From Octopus bimaculoides (taxonomy: Eukaryota), in the NCBI RefSeq assembly GCF_001194135.2, contig NC_068987.1:99320557-99384556 (forward strand): a stretch of DNA of 64,000 nucleotides, in the 5' to 3' direction. A model generated the notes under the pieces. That model did not search any database. It was not told the origin of the DNA and was given only the letters and a program-made list of their open reading frames with translations. Positions within the stretch are counted from its first letter, which is position 1. The number at the start of each line of letters is the position of its first letter. A program made the translations under genes and the position numbers. Positions 52,811 through 64,000 of this stretch are shown here, one piece after another.

Positions 52811-52835
52811 NNNNNNNNNNTATTATTATTATTAT
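52708..52835. repeat. (ATT)n array between two LINE copies
   Basis: Direct inspection; contains a 10-bp N gap. Confidence 0.95.
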
Positions 52836-55800
52836 GATTGAGAGAATAGTGAATATTATGAAAGTGACTCTGGGGTACAAATATACGAAGCCCAATATCC
52901 TCATCATGACTACTCATGTGATATGTGTATACGGCATTACATAAGTATCAATTCTTCTTCAGTATCTTCTGTAATTCATTTTAATGTTGTTTCTCTTTTG
53001 TTTCTTTGATCATTTCTGCTGTGATGCCATCTGAAGTCCGTGTGTCGGTGTACTTTGTTTCTGTTTTGTATTTTGTCGCCTCCTTGTGTATAGAGAAAGA
53101 CCTTTTCTTTCGTGTTGCGTTATTAGAAGCAGTGACCTTCCACTCTCCTCGTTTCTAAGTACGCTGCTAATCTAGCTATTGTTATCTTATAGTCGTTCTC
53201 TATATGTATCAGGCAATGGCCTCCTTCTGAGTGGGGTAGATATAATCTGTCTGCATCTGTTTTGGGGCGCTAACTTCGGTACGCTAGTTGTTTTCTGTTT
53301 TTTCTATCTAGGTTTCTCAATTCACTGATCTTCCAGTTTATTATGTTAAAACTGTAGTTTATGTCTGAATTGGCTAGCGTATTTATCCCTATTATTTTAT
53401 CGTTAGCATTAAGTTCAGTGATTAATATTAGTGTAACTCTTCCCTAATTATGTCTCCTAACTTTCTCTTTTATTGCTGTGTGTTGTATGTTAGCTGTTTT
53501 GTTTATTCCTAGATATTTGTATGGGCGGTTGTGGTCTAATTTTCTAATTTCTCTGTTTATGTTCAGTGCAGTGCTTTTCGGTGCTGAATAGTTTGTCTCA
53601 CCTCAGAGTGATTCTTGCACTTTTGTCCAGCCCCATGCTTATTCCGATGTCATTGCTGAAACTATGGAAACATTTTGATGAGTTTTCTCTGTTCCATGGT
53701 GCTTTTAAGGAAAAGTTTTAGGCAATCCATATGCAAAAGATGGTTTATTTTTTGCCCATAGTACCTGTAATCCTTGTTTTTCTTTTTCGTATAACCAGTT
53801 TGTCAGCGGGGCCAAAGAAAAGCAGAAATGCAGGGGTGACAGTAGGCCTCCCTGGAAAATCCATCTTCTTATACGTATAGGGATGGTTTTAATAACCTGT
53901 GACTGATTTTTTTAATGTTATACTGGTTTTCCAGGTTGCCCTTCCGTGTCTAATATATTTTAGTAGTGCTGTGGCTACCTTATTTTTTGTGGAGTGAGTG
54001 CAGTATCCATCAGGTAGAACACTGTCGAATGCTTTCAAGTAAACGATCCAAGTCATGTTCAAGTGTGCCTTTCTCTCCTTTTAGTCCACCATAATGGTTT
54101 GGATTATTAGCAACTGTTCGTTACAGCCATACATCACTCTCCAGCATCCCTTTGTGTTCTTTTGGTAAAGCAGTATTGTTTTCAAGGTACTTTATAAGCT
54201 GATTATATATGACTGATGAAAAGCGTGTTATAGGTTTATAATTTTGTGGGTGTACGGTGTCTTTGTTTTTGGAAATTGGGGTGATTTGTCCGTCCAGCAT
54301 CCGTTTTGGTGTTGATTCTGGCTCACTTATCAGTAAATTGAACGCTGTCGCAAAGTGGTTATGGGTACTGGTAAGATGTTTCAACCTGAAGTTGTGGAGC
54401 TTGTCTATCCCTGGAGGTCTCCCGTTGTTGGTGCTTCTCAGCGTGTCTCTGATTTCCTGTCCTGTGGTAGTGGGCCACATTTATCGTTCTATTGTGTTCT
54501 TCCTTTCCTTTCCTTCATTGAACATTTTTATTGTGTTCTTTAGTTTGCTCCATATTGCTGCCCAGTATGACTCAATCGCTGATGTTAGCATGGCATCTTT
54601 TGATATAGTTATGTTTTTAACTTTCTATAAAGACTTTTTCTGTTTTAACTCTCTTTTGTGTTTGAATTCTCTATTTTGCTGGAAGAAGCGTTCCACTTTT
54701 TCATAGCGTTTAATGCGCACGCTTTTGCTGCTATGCCGTGTTGTCTTTTCTTTTACCTCCCAGGCATCTTCAATTTTATTGCTGTATTATTTTGTTATAT
54801 GAGCCTTTTTTTTAATCTTTCATATTTGATTCCGTTTTCTCTAATTCACAAAGGAGTGATAAGTCTTTCTTTTGTTCTTGAATTTTATTTACTATAATCT
54901 TTCTATTTTGGTGTTTGAGATTTGGCTGGGATTTTTTATTTGTAAGGGTCAAGTCCAGTTTCCCTGAATATCACTACATCTGTTGTGTAGATCAAGTCAT
55001 TTGCTTTGTTTTTGAAGTGTAGTGTATCTTTTGATATGGTCATTATTTCTTGTAAGACTCTGACGTATCTAATTACCCTTTCATAGAGTTGTTTATTTCT
55101 CTATAGCCTTGGGAGACGTTTACTCTGATCCACATTAATCGACTCTGTGATGTTTAGTTCTTCTACTTTTGTTATTTATTCAGACAATTCGTCTCCGTCC
55201 TCGGTTATAGTTTGTCTGTTATGGCATGTGTTATTTTGCTTGTTTTGTGCTTCAATATTCATTTGTCTGTGTGCATTATTGATTTTCTGTGCTGTTGTAT
55301 TTATTTCTGAGTTGGGTAGCTATGCAGAGATTTTACTTCGGTTTAGCCTTTTATTGACTGTTTGCAGTGTTATCTCTGGTGTGTTCCCTTCTTTCTTTTG
55401 TGGTGTCTTATGGATTTTTGGAGATATATAATGTCTGAGGTGCTGTTTTTGTATGATGGTGACCCACTGTTATAAAGGTATTAAGTGTATCGTGTTATTT
55501 TTCCTGTGTGTTTTATCATTTACTTTGTTTATTTTTCTGTTTGGGGTACTTTTCCTTCTCGCAGGATATATCGCCGGACATTTGCATGAGTATTCTTCGA
55601 GACGTTTCCCCTTCTATCAGTATTTCTTCTTTTCCAAATTTAGTATGTTTCCTTTGTTGTTCCTGCGTTTCCTGGGCATAGTTTTTCAGTCATCTGCCCA
55701 CCGTTCTCTTTTGGTCTTGTTTTTCGCTTGGGCAGTGACATTAGGAGCGTTAACTTACATATTCAGAGTTAACTTTTTGTCACAACACCGTCTCAACACT
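52836..55800 (-). mobile_element. Long RLE-type (R4/Dong-like) LINE fossil: N-terminal region, RT and thumb, then a short 3-prime end
   Basis: GRPPGIDKLHNFRLKHL..GQITPISKNKDTVHPQNYKPIT..LPKEHKG, EQLLIIQTI..TWIVYLKAFDSV, IRRWIFQGGLLSPLHFCFSLAPL, INHLLHMDCLKL (degenerate YMDD), FSNDI..GLDKSA, YKYLG, DADRLYLP..EGG. No RLE domain is seen before the terminal 110 bp and the (TAA)n tail. The 5-prime boundary is approximate. Confidence 0.92.
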
Positions 55801-56334
55801 GTTGTATGCTATTTATGTTTCCTTATCTCGAGCGCGTCAAGCTGATAAAGAAAAAAAAAACACCTTTATTTGTTTTCGAACGAGCATATCTGTGTTTCAT
55901 TTTTTATTTATTGTTATTATTTGTCTCGTTTAATTTGTTTAAATACTATCTGTTCTACGTTGCCTTGTTCATATATGAAATGAATGAGTGCTTGTGTGAA
56001 CCAAACAAACATTACTTGTGTGTACTTGTGTAAAAATGAGACTGCATATAAGATTATTATTTGTACTTACAGCTTATTTTTTCTCTAACGATATTGCATT
56101 CTTGCGTATTGTTTCAATACTTCTATATCCAAATTGCATCTCCGCGTATTGTATATATATATTTTACACACGTGTCTTTCTGTGACAATGTGACTGAGAG
56201 GAACTATGTTGCATATATGAGAGAAATATTTCGGCATCCTTAATTGTTTTACGTTAAGAAACAATTTTCGTCCACATTTTTGCAGTTTCTTAAATCATGT
56301 TCGCACAAAGCTGGTCTTACACATCCGTTCTGTT

Positions 56335-56540
56335 TGGAGCTGGCCTAATTGTTACCAAGCTAATCAAATAAACACAACATTCTTCCAGTTGTTTAAATTC
56401 GGAGTTCATATGTCACCGTGATCGACTTAGCTTTTCGTTCATTTATTAACGATAAATAATAATTAGCTGAACAATGGGTCAACGTGATATACTGGACTCT
56501 TCCATGCAAGTTACAAGCCTTTTCCCTATGAAATAACGTA
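56335..56540 (+). mobile_element. Family A SINE, strongly diverged
   Basis: GAGCTGGCCTAATTGTTA..GGAGTTCATATGTCACCGTGATCGACTTAGCTTTTC..ACGATAAATAA. Confidence 0.6.
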
Positions 56541-56854
56541 TTATTACTATTGTTGCTGTTGTAGTTGCTTTGGTTATTAATGTTATCATCACTATAGTCA
56601 CGTTTACTGGTACGTTTATTCGTATGTTTTGTTAATCGGATTTTGTTTGGATGCTTTCATCACACAAACAAGTACAATCTTGTGTACCTTAGGTACCTGT
56701 GTTATTTAGTTGAAATTTCTTTCATATCTTAGTGTCGTTTATTTAATTTACGGAATATCCATGCTCTGGATTTCTGTAAGAGTATTTATGTATTTCGGCA
56801 CGTTGTAAGACCCTGTTTAGGGGTTTTATATGTATGTATGTATGTATGTATGTA

Positions 56855-57675
56855 TGCCATTATTCAATTTATTTCATGATTTCTTACCAATAGAGAATGA
56901 GCAGATTTCTAACCTAGATCCAAGGCTCCATTGAAATTTCAACATCAATTACTGGGTATTTTTGGATATATGCATGGAGGTATGTATACATGTATGCATG
57001 TAAATATGCAGATACTTGCATATCTAGAGATGTTCACGGATATACTTGTATATCTAAAGATGTTCCTATATATCCTTAAATGTTAAACTCTGGCAAATTT
57101 TACAGATTTTTACAGTTCCAATGATGGCTTAGCTCTGTAGTGTTCGAACCATCTTTCTCTTTTCTGGCTTTAAGAAGCCTAATGTCTAAATATTAGTATT
57201 TAAGTAGTGTGTTACATATGCCAGTGACCCAATCCATATAGATATAAACTTGAACTTGTAATCTGGATAAAGAAACTGCAAATTTCTCTATAGTTAAGCG
57301 TTGGTATTCTCTTGTTCACTGATCTTCAGCTTTATGTTAACATCCACTTGGCATCTGATCTCTACATGTGTACAGTCTCTCTTCTCTGTACCAAATAATT
57401 ATATCAGGCTTATTGTGCTTACATTGTACTGATGTTTACACTGGGACATCCTACTAGTTCTCCTTTTTTATTATGGATTGCTATGGCTGCCAACGTACAG
57501 TGTGTTCCAATTTCTTTGTCCTCGAGATTATCCTTTCGACGGGTCATGTTACACAATGTCCTAGCTACATCATGTCTCATCAGTAGATAAAACCGTGATG
57601 AACATTTTGGAAAACTGCTTATGATGTGGACGGCATCTTCAGTGTTAACTCCACGAAGTCTGCATCGGCTGTCAT
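56855..57675 (-). mobile_element. RLE-type LINE 3-prime fragment of a distinct family with a (CATA)n tail
   Basis: DSRCRLRGVNTEDAVHIISSFPKCSSRFYLLMRHDVA (CCHC knuckle remnant), CKHNKPDIIIW..VDVNIKLKISEQEN..LYPDYKFKFI..IGSLAYV..IGTVKICK; the UTR ends AATAAATTGAATAATGG(CATA)7. Confidence 0.87.
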
Positions 57676-57970
57676 ATACATACATACATACGTACATATG
57701 TATGTATGGTCACGTATGTACGTATACATTCGTAAATATTAGCAGCTAAACCTAGGTATGTAATTTATCACCAAATTTTGTATCTTTTCATTTGTCTTGC
57801 TCGTTTTACATTCTGACCTTTGCTGAAATTTCTTGAGAACACATTCTTTGTGGTAAGACGATTTAGCGACTTCTTCTAGCATATAGCAAATCCACGTTGA
57901 ATGTTCTTCTTCTTATATATGACTATATATTTACATATATCGGAATAGTTACTGTGAAGCATTGTGTAAA

Positions 57971-58727
57971 ATATATTGTATAAAGGATAATGGGAAGGCC
58001 AGAGCAATGCGAAGTAAATGCAAGGTAAATCACAAGAAAACGAATATATGAATTAATGCAGATTTACTTTGCATTCACTATTTCGGGGTTATGACCCCAT
58101 CCTCGGGAAATTAACGAATCCCTCAGATGCGCCTGTGTGTGAGTGTATGTGCAGCAAACATGCGCGGTAAGTTGTTGCTATAGCAACCAGCTAGCTTCCT
58201 ATTACTCTCTTCTATTGTTGATAGTTGGTTTCCTTTGGTGTATAATAATGGCCTCGGAGACTCTAAGGTTGCCCCTGTTGCGCTGCGTTTTCCCCGATGT
58301 GCCCTGTGAATTCCCTTGTCTGGCATTTTCGTATGCTTCTTCACGGAAGTGTCTGCCAGCATGTATTCTTTTATGCGATTATGCATTTTTCTTGTTGTGC
58401 TTCCTATGTAGGATGCGAATGCAGTTTTCTTGTGCTTTCTATTTTAGGAAACACTAGAAAGAAATTCATATACGTATAAAAGAACATATGAAGTTACAGG
58501 AAGCTAGCTGGTTGCTATAGAAACGACTTTCCGTACGTGTCTACTCCACACACACTCACACAAACGCACATCTGCAACATTCGTTAATTTCCTGGGGATA
58601 GGATCATAACCCGAGAATATTGAATGCAAGGTAAGTCTTCATTAATTCATATATTTGTTTTCTTGTGATTTGTCTCGCATTTACTTCGCATTGTTATGGC
58701 CTTAAACACGATCATTTATACAATATA
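57971..58727 (-). mobile_element. Penelope-like element: GIY-YIG C-terminal fragment between inverted pseudo-LTRs
   Basis: Arms 57971-58200 and 58497-58727 are about 230-bp inverted repeats (roughly 80 percent identical by eye). The spacer encodes SYIGSTTRKMHNRIKEY..VKKH and, after a frameshift, NLRVSEAIIIHQRKPTINNRRE. Confidence 0.88.
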
Positions 58728-58903
58728 CATAAATACATACATATATACATACATACAATCATACATACATACATGTGTGCGTGTGAGTATGTTGGTGTGT
58801 GTGTATTGAGATATGTATATGCGTGTGTATATGTGTACGCATTTGCGCATATATACAGACGTATATGTGTGTGTCAATGTGCATGCGTGTATATGTCTAT
58901 GTA

Positions 58904-58934
<31 letters not shown>

Positions 58935-60016
58935 ACATGCAAAGGTATGAGGTTTAAGAGACGTGTACGTATATTAGTCTATATATATGCATATATGCAC
59001 ATATGCGTGCATGTGTGTATGTGTATAATATGGCCGTAAATGAGTCTGTATAGATGAGGTGCTGTCAATGCATGGTTGCAACTGCTGATGGACGTAATGC
59101 ACAGTAGAATTACGGCAGAAATTGTGAATTCTCGGGCTATATTTTAGATGGTTGCAAGAACGAGTGCGTGTAAATCAAATAAGTCGTACTTCGCGTAATA
59201 TGTGGAGTGCAACCTCTTTATTTTCTTGCATATTTAACACCAGTGCGATTAGTCGGAGTTTTTTCCGAATATTAACGCTTGGCTGATCAGATGGACTTAT
59301 TTCCCATGCTTTTTGGAAGTTTTTTGTTTCCCCGCTCTTGACATACACAGTAAAATGAGTTTATGTTGATCATTTCGTTTCTTGCACAGTGGATAAATAA
59401 ACGATGAATTCGTTTGAAAACGAAATAAAATGATTATATTTTATAATTATAAATTAAAATGAAATTATATAAACGCGTATATAATTCTTTATTTTAATGA
59501 TATGATCCTATTTTAAAACAAATCGTTTTATATTTGGCTATCATTTTACTCTATCACAAACAAATGTATTTCAAAGTTTGGACAAAAATATAGAATTGAA
59601 TGCTTTGGATATAGCAATTGATAAAACTGCTTTCAGATTCCACATCTAGTCCATCAGTCATTGTATAAAATGTAAAGCTAGGATACTACAAAGGATGAAG
59701 TCAGGATGGTATGATTGATCTCTTTAACATAAGAATTGGCGTTATTGTGTGCAACATATTTTCAGACTTTTAGTAAGCGAAGTAAATAAAATATATAACT
59801 CATCTAAAACATAAATGCATCATAAACGCACTCACACGTAAATACACATGTACCTTTATATATATATATATATATATNNNNNNNNNNNNNNNNNNNNNNN
59901 NNNNNNNNNNNNNNNNNNNNNNNNNNNNNNNNNNNNNNNNNNNNNNNNNNNNNNNNNNNNNNNNNNNNNNNNNNNNNNNNNNNNNNNNNNNNNNNNNNNN
60001 NNNNNNNNNNNNNNNN

Positions 60017-60049
<33 letters not shown>

Positions 60050-60564
60050 GATGTTACGGCCTACGAATTTCGACAAGTGTATGAATCGATAAGATTGGAC
60101 GGATAATCGGATCATGTACGCATTTACATGAATACGGAAACTAATATAAATAAATCGTATTCAAAGGTTGAGGCAAATAAACGTTTAGTCACACTTTAAG
60201 TGGAATTCCATTTTGTTTTCGTTGAAAAATAATTAGTAGTATATCAACTTTATCTTGGAGGGAAGTTTCAATGTTGTTAAAATCAATATTAAGAATTCAT
60301 ATGACGTATCCATGTTTTGCACATTCTACGTTTCCTACACTTATATTATACATTTAACATGGACACTAAATGCCATATGCGTAAAATATGCGTAGGAATG
60401 GATACTCTATGGAGAAACATGCTAATTTACACAGAAAAATGCATGAAGGGAATAAGTTCAGAAATTTCCCGTTATTACCCATTACACAAATGCAGATATG
60501 AAAACATGAAATGTTCGCAAAAAGGTGCAATTTTACACGCTGGCCCGTGCACACGTAAGCATTC

Positions 60565-60598
<34 letters not shown>

Positions 60599-61424
60599 GT
60601 AAAAATAGATCAAGCACATACAAACACACACACAAACACATAGACATATACACACAAACACACAGACATGCACATACAAATACACACATATACACAATAT
60701 TTATATATATTATAGTCGGGAATCCCTAACAGAAGTTCCAGGCATCTAGCGTGGCCGATTTCGGAGTATTTTCTGTTACCATCTATGAAATGAGACTTCG
60801 CATGTAAAGCAATGTATTCACCTACATCTCATAATGTAGCTTATATATATACACAGAATATAGTTTTATTGAAAGTTTTAATATTTTTTTTCTATGGACA
60901 TGACCATGAGAAACTTAAACTAGGTGTTCCCACCATCGATGTCATGTTGTGATCAGATGGTTACAACGCACAGGCACTTTGTAACTATAGAGATATATTG
61001 AACATGTCTTGAAGTGAAGAAAAGAAAAGGAAATGTAAAATGTATAAAATTTCTTAAGAATTTCATCTAATTTAATGACGCTTGCCATGTCACGCTCACA
61101 TGGAGATGAAATTCAGATTTCTTGTAACAACAAAAGTTTGTGTTTATTGTGCGCACCACTGCCCCAAAAGAAAATGAAAAGAAAAGGAGATTGGCTGGAA
61201 CAGTACGTCATAAAGGCATACAGAAGGAGTACATTCAAGACGACAGAGAAAAGGTGAGAGACGTTGAAATGACTGAGAGGGAGAGAGGGGATGCACGCGA
61301 GAATAGCAGAATTACTGGGGAAAATTTTCTGATCGAAGCAATTCCCCTGTCCATAAAGGCAATACGCATAGACATTGGATTGTATTTGGTGTAGTAACTT
61401 TACGCGGAATTATTCACAAAGATC

Positions 61425-61728
61425 CGAACATATGCAAAATCCATGATCTTCAAATCTGTACCCCACGCTCCCTGTGATTTTTGTCTATTTTTCAAGCTGA
61501 AGGAGAACCAAAGAACCAGTCACTTTAAAGATAAAAGAGGCTATAAATTGGGTCCCGTACCCCTTTCATTTCGAGGACATTCCATGAAGCCCCCTCGTTT
61601 TGGATGGAGCATAACAACAAATGCATTTAAATCAGGGTCCGACGGTGAAGGAAATTACAGTTTTGTACTTTCAAAAATTAGTATCTCTCCTGAAAATGTC
61701 TGGAAACTTCTGGTGTACACCCTGGATA
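61425..61728 (+). mobile_element. Mariner 3-prime fragment, a different family from the other two
   Basis: APCDFCLFFKLKEN..HFKD..WMEHNNKCI matches SPDLAPCDFWLFPKLKE..RF..W.ERYNKCI; TIR-like end CTGGAAACTTCTGGTGTACACCCTGGA-TA. Confidence 0.8.
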
Positions 61729-61854
61729 TTAGATATTGGTTTACGTGTTTATACACACGTTTACACAGACAGACAGACACAGAGACACACAGACACGCAC
61801 ACAGATACACTCAAATATATATGTATATATATATATAGACATAGACATGCACAC

Positions 61855-61914
<60 letters not shown>

Positions 61915-63023
61915 GCGTGTGTAAACATTTATATCTTCCATTAAAATGTTATATTTCCATGTTTAATGATGAAAACATTAAATCGATAAGAATGTTTACA
62001 CAATTGCTTAAATATATCTGTAAACCGAACGAGGAATAGCCGCATACATACATAAATATATTTCACAAATGTATTGTGAATGTCTCTAATTTTAACATCA
62101 ATTACATAATTAAATATAAGACGTTTTCTCTTCCATTAGAAACTTTATATAATCTTTAAAGATTTTCAAATAATATTTTACTCTAGAGAATATGTACAGC
62201 ATTAAATTTTCTACTGGATTATTCGGTGTAAAAATCAACTCAAAGACAATATATAGACAGGTGATGTAATTACAGTGTAAAAACAATTATCAAGTAATGA
62301 AATTATATATGTACTATCGTAAATTGTTTTGTCTGTAAGAATATTGATTTCTGCGCGTATGGGCGGCCTTTTTATTACAGAAAGATAGTAGATGATTTTA
62401 TTGGGTAAACTTTATGATACGGGCTATGGAAAACATTACAGTATCCCCACGTATGATTATATGCCAATTTGCCAATCCCTACCGTGGCAGAAGTAATTAT
62501 CACAATTACTGCTGGAAACTTGCTGGCTTTGGCTATAAGAAAATAGATCAAGATAGGTTAATAATGATTTTATTCCACATACTCCCTTCTCAGAATTACA
62601 CACTTATTGCAGCAGTGTTTCAGTTTTTGCAAGCCCTGTAACAGAACTCGGAAGGCTGGGACCCCAGAAAAGGCCTTACGCCATATCCTTGAAGCCACGA
62701 ACCTTTCAGCACTTTCTTGCAGTATTTTGATTTGTTTCCGTAAAGTCTAAGTTCAATTAAATTTTATAATGAAAAATATATCCATAATTTAGAGAGGAAC
62801 CACCAAGATGCAATTCAAACAATGAAGGAGACCAGACACAAACTTGTTCGATTTATTGTAACGTGTCCAAATCTTTTCCACATTTATGCACACACACACA
62901 CACATACACACACGCAAAGACAATAACCTACACCCTGTATATATATTATATGATGTTTGTGTGTGTATCTTTGTCTGTGTGTCTGTACGTCTATACTGCT
63001 GTTATTTTTATATTATTGATATT

Positions 63024-63398
63024 GTGTTGGCACTCCGTCGCTTACGACGTCGGGGGTTTCAGTTGATCCGATCAACGTAACAACCTGCTCGTTAAATTAA
63101 CATGTAAGTGGCTGAGCACTCCACAGACACGTGTACCCTGGACGTAGTTCTCGGGGATATTCAGCGTGACACAGAGTGACAAGCCTGAATTACAGGCACA
63201 ACAGAAACAGGAAGTAAGAATGAGAGAAAGTCGTGATGAAAGAGTACTGCAGAGTTCGCCACCATCCCCTGCCGGAGATTGGTGAAGCTTTTGGTGTTTT
63301 CGCTCAATAAACACACACAACGCCCGGTCTGGGAATCGAAACTGCGATCCTATGACCGCGAATCCGCTGCCCTAACCACTGGGTTATTGTGCCTCCAC
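63024..63398 (-). mobile_element. tRNA-type SINE (family C) with 12-bp target-site duplication
   Basis: Minus head GTGGAGGCACAATAACCCAGTGGTTAGGGCAGCGG..GTTTCGATTCCCAG (A and B boxes); TSD ATTATTGATATT at 63012-63023 and 63399-63410. Confidence 0.9.
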
Positions 63399-63508
63399 AT
63401 TATTGATATTATTGCACTTATTATTTTGTTAACATACTTTGTATCATAATCATCATCTATATTATTATATCATATTTTATGATATATCTATCTACCTATC
63501 TATCAACC

Positions 63509-63547
<39 letters not shown>

Positions 63548-63812
63548 NNNNNNNNNNNNNNNNNNNNNNNNNNNNNNNNNNNNNNNNNNNNNNNNNNNNN
63601 NNNNNNNNNNNNNNNNNNNNNNNNNNNNNNNNNNNNNNNNNNNNNNNNNNNNNNNNNNNNNNNNNNNNNNNNNNNNNNNNNNNNNNNNNNNNNNNNNNNN
63701 NNNNNNNNNNNNNNNNNNNNNNNNNNNNNNNNNNNNNNNNNNNNNNNNNNNNNNNNNNNNNNNNNNNNNNNNNNNNNNNNNNNNNNNNNNNNNNNNNNNN
63801 NNNNNNNNNNNN

Positions 63813-63854
<42 letters not shown>

Positions 63855-64000
63855 GCACATAGATAATTATATTGATAAATAGATAGATATACAACTATAT
63901 CCATATATATACACACATATGTGCAGGCATAGGCACACATACATGCAGGCGCATACACAGATAAACTCATTCACACATAGACAGAAAATGCAAGTGCATA

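Noticed and set aside
62460-62560. GPCR TM1-like IITITAGNLLALAI
   Set aside because: Bounded by multiple stops within a few codons, with no TM2 motif in any frame.

Overview
Eukaryotic, AT-rich draft-assembly sequence with 11 N-gaps (about 2.7 kb). The interspersed repeats resemble families I recall from Octopus assemblies, so the species assignment is an inference. I find no host protein-coding gene I can name. Nearly all ORFs in the track are microsatellite read-through or transposon debris. The window holds three mariner fossils, about ten fragments of restriction-like-endonuclease (R4/Dong-type) LINEs, a Ty3/gypsy integrase plus LTR remnant, two clear Penelope-like (GIY-YIG) remnants, about 18 tRNA-type SINE copies (eight packed into 1.6 kb), a 5S rRNA pseudogene and many simple repeats. 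Best leads: (1) a nearly intact minimal type I hammerhead-ribozyme motif at 10359-10405 (-) inside a fold-back repeat, with related degenerate cores at 133-166 and in the Penelope inverted repeats at about 58080 and 58590; (2) RLE-LINE ends repeatedly fused to (TAA)n or (CATA)n arrays; (3) an 8-copy mixed-orientation SINE array; (4) a 5S pseudogene directly upstream of a tRNA-type SINE; (5) a possible signal-peptide first exon at 15839-15940. I cannot support a claim of a new protein-based system. All translations and alignments were done by eye; family names need database confirmation.
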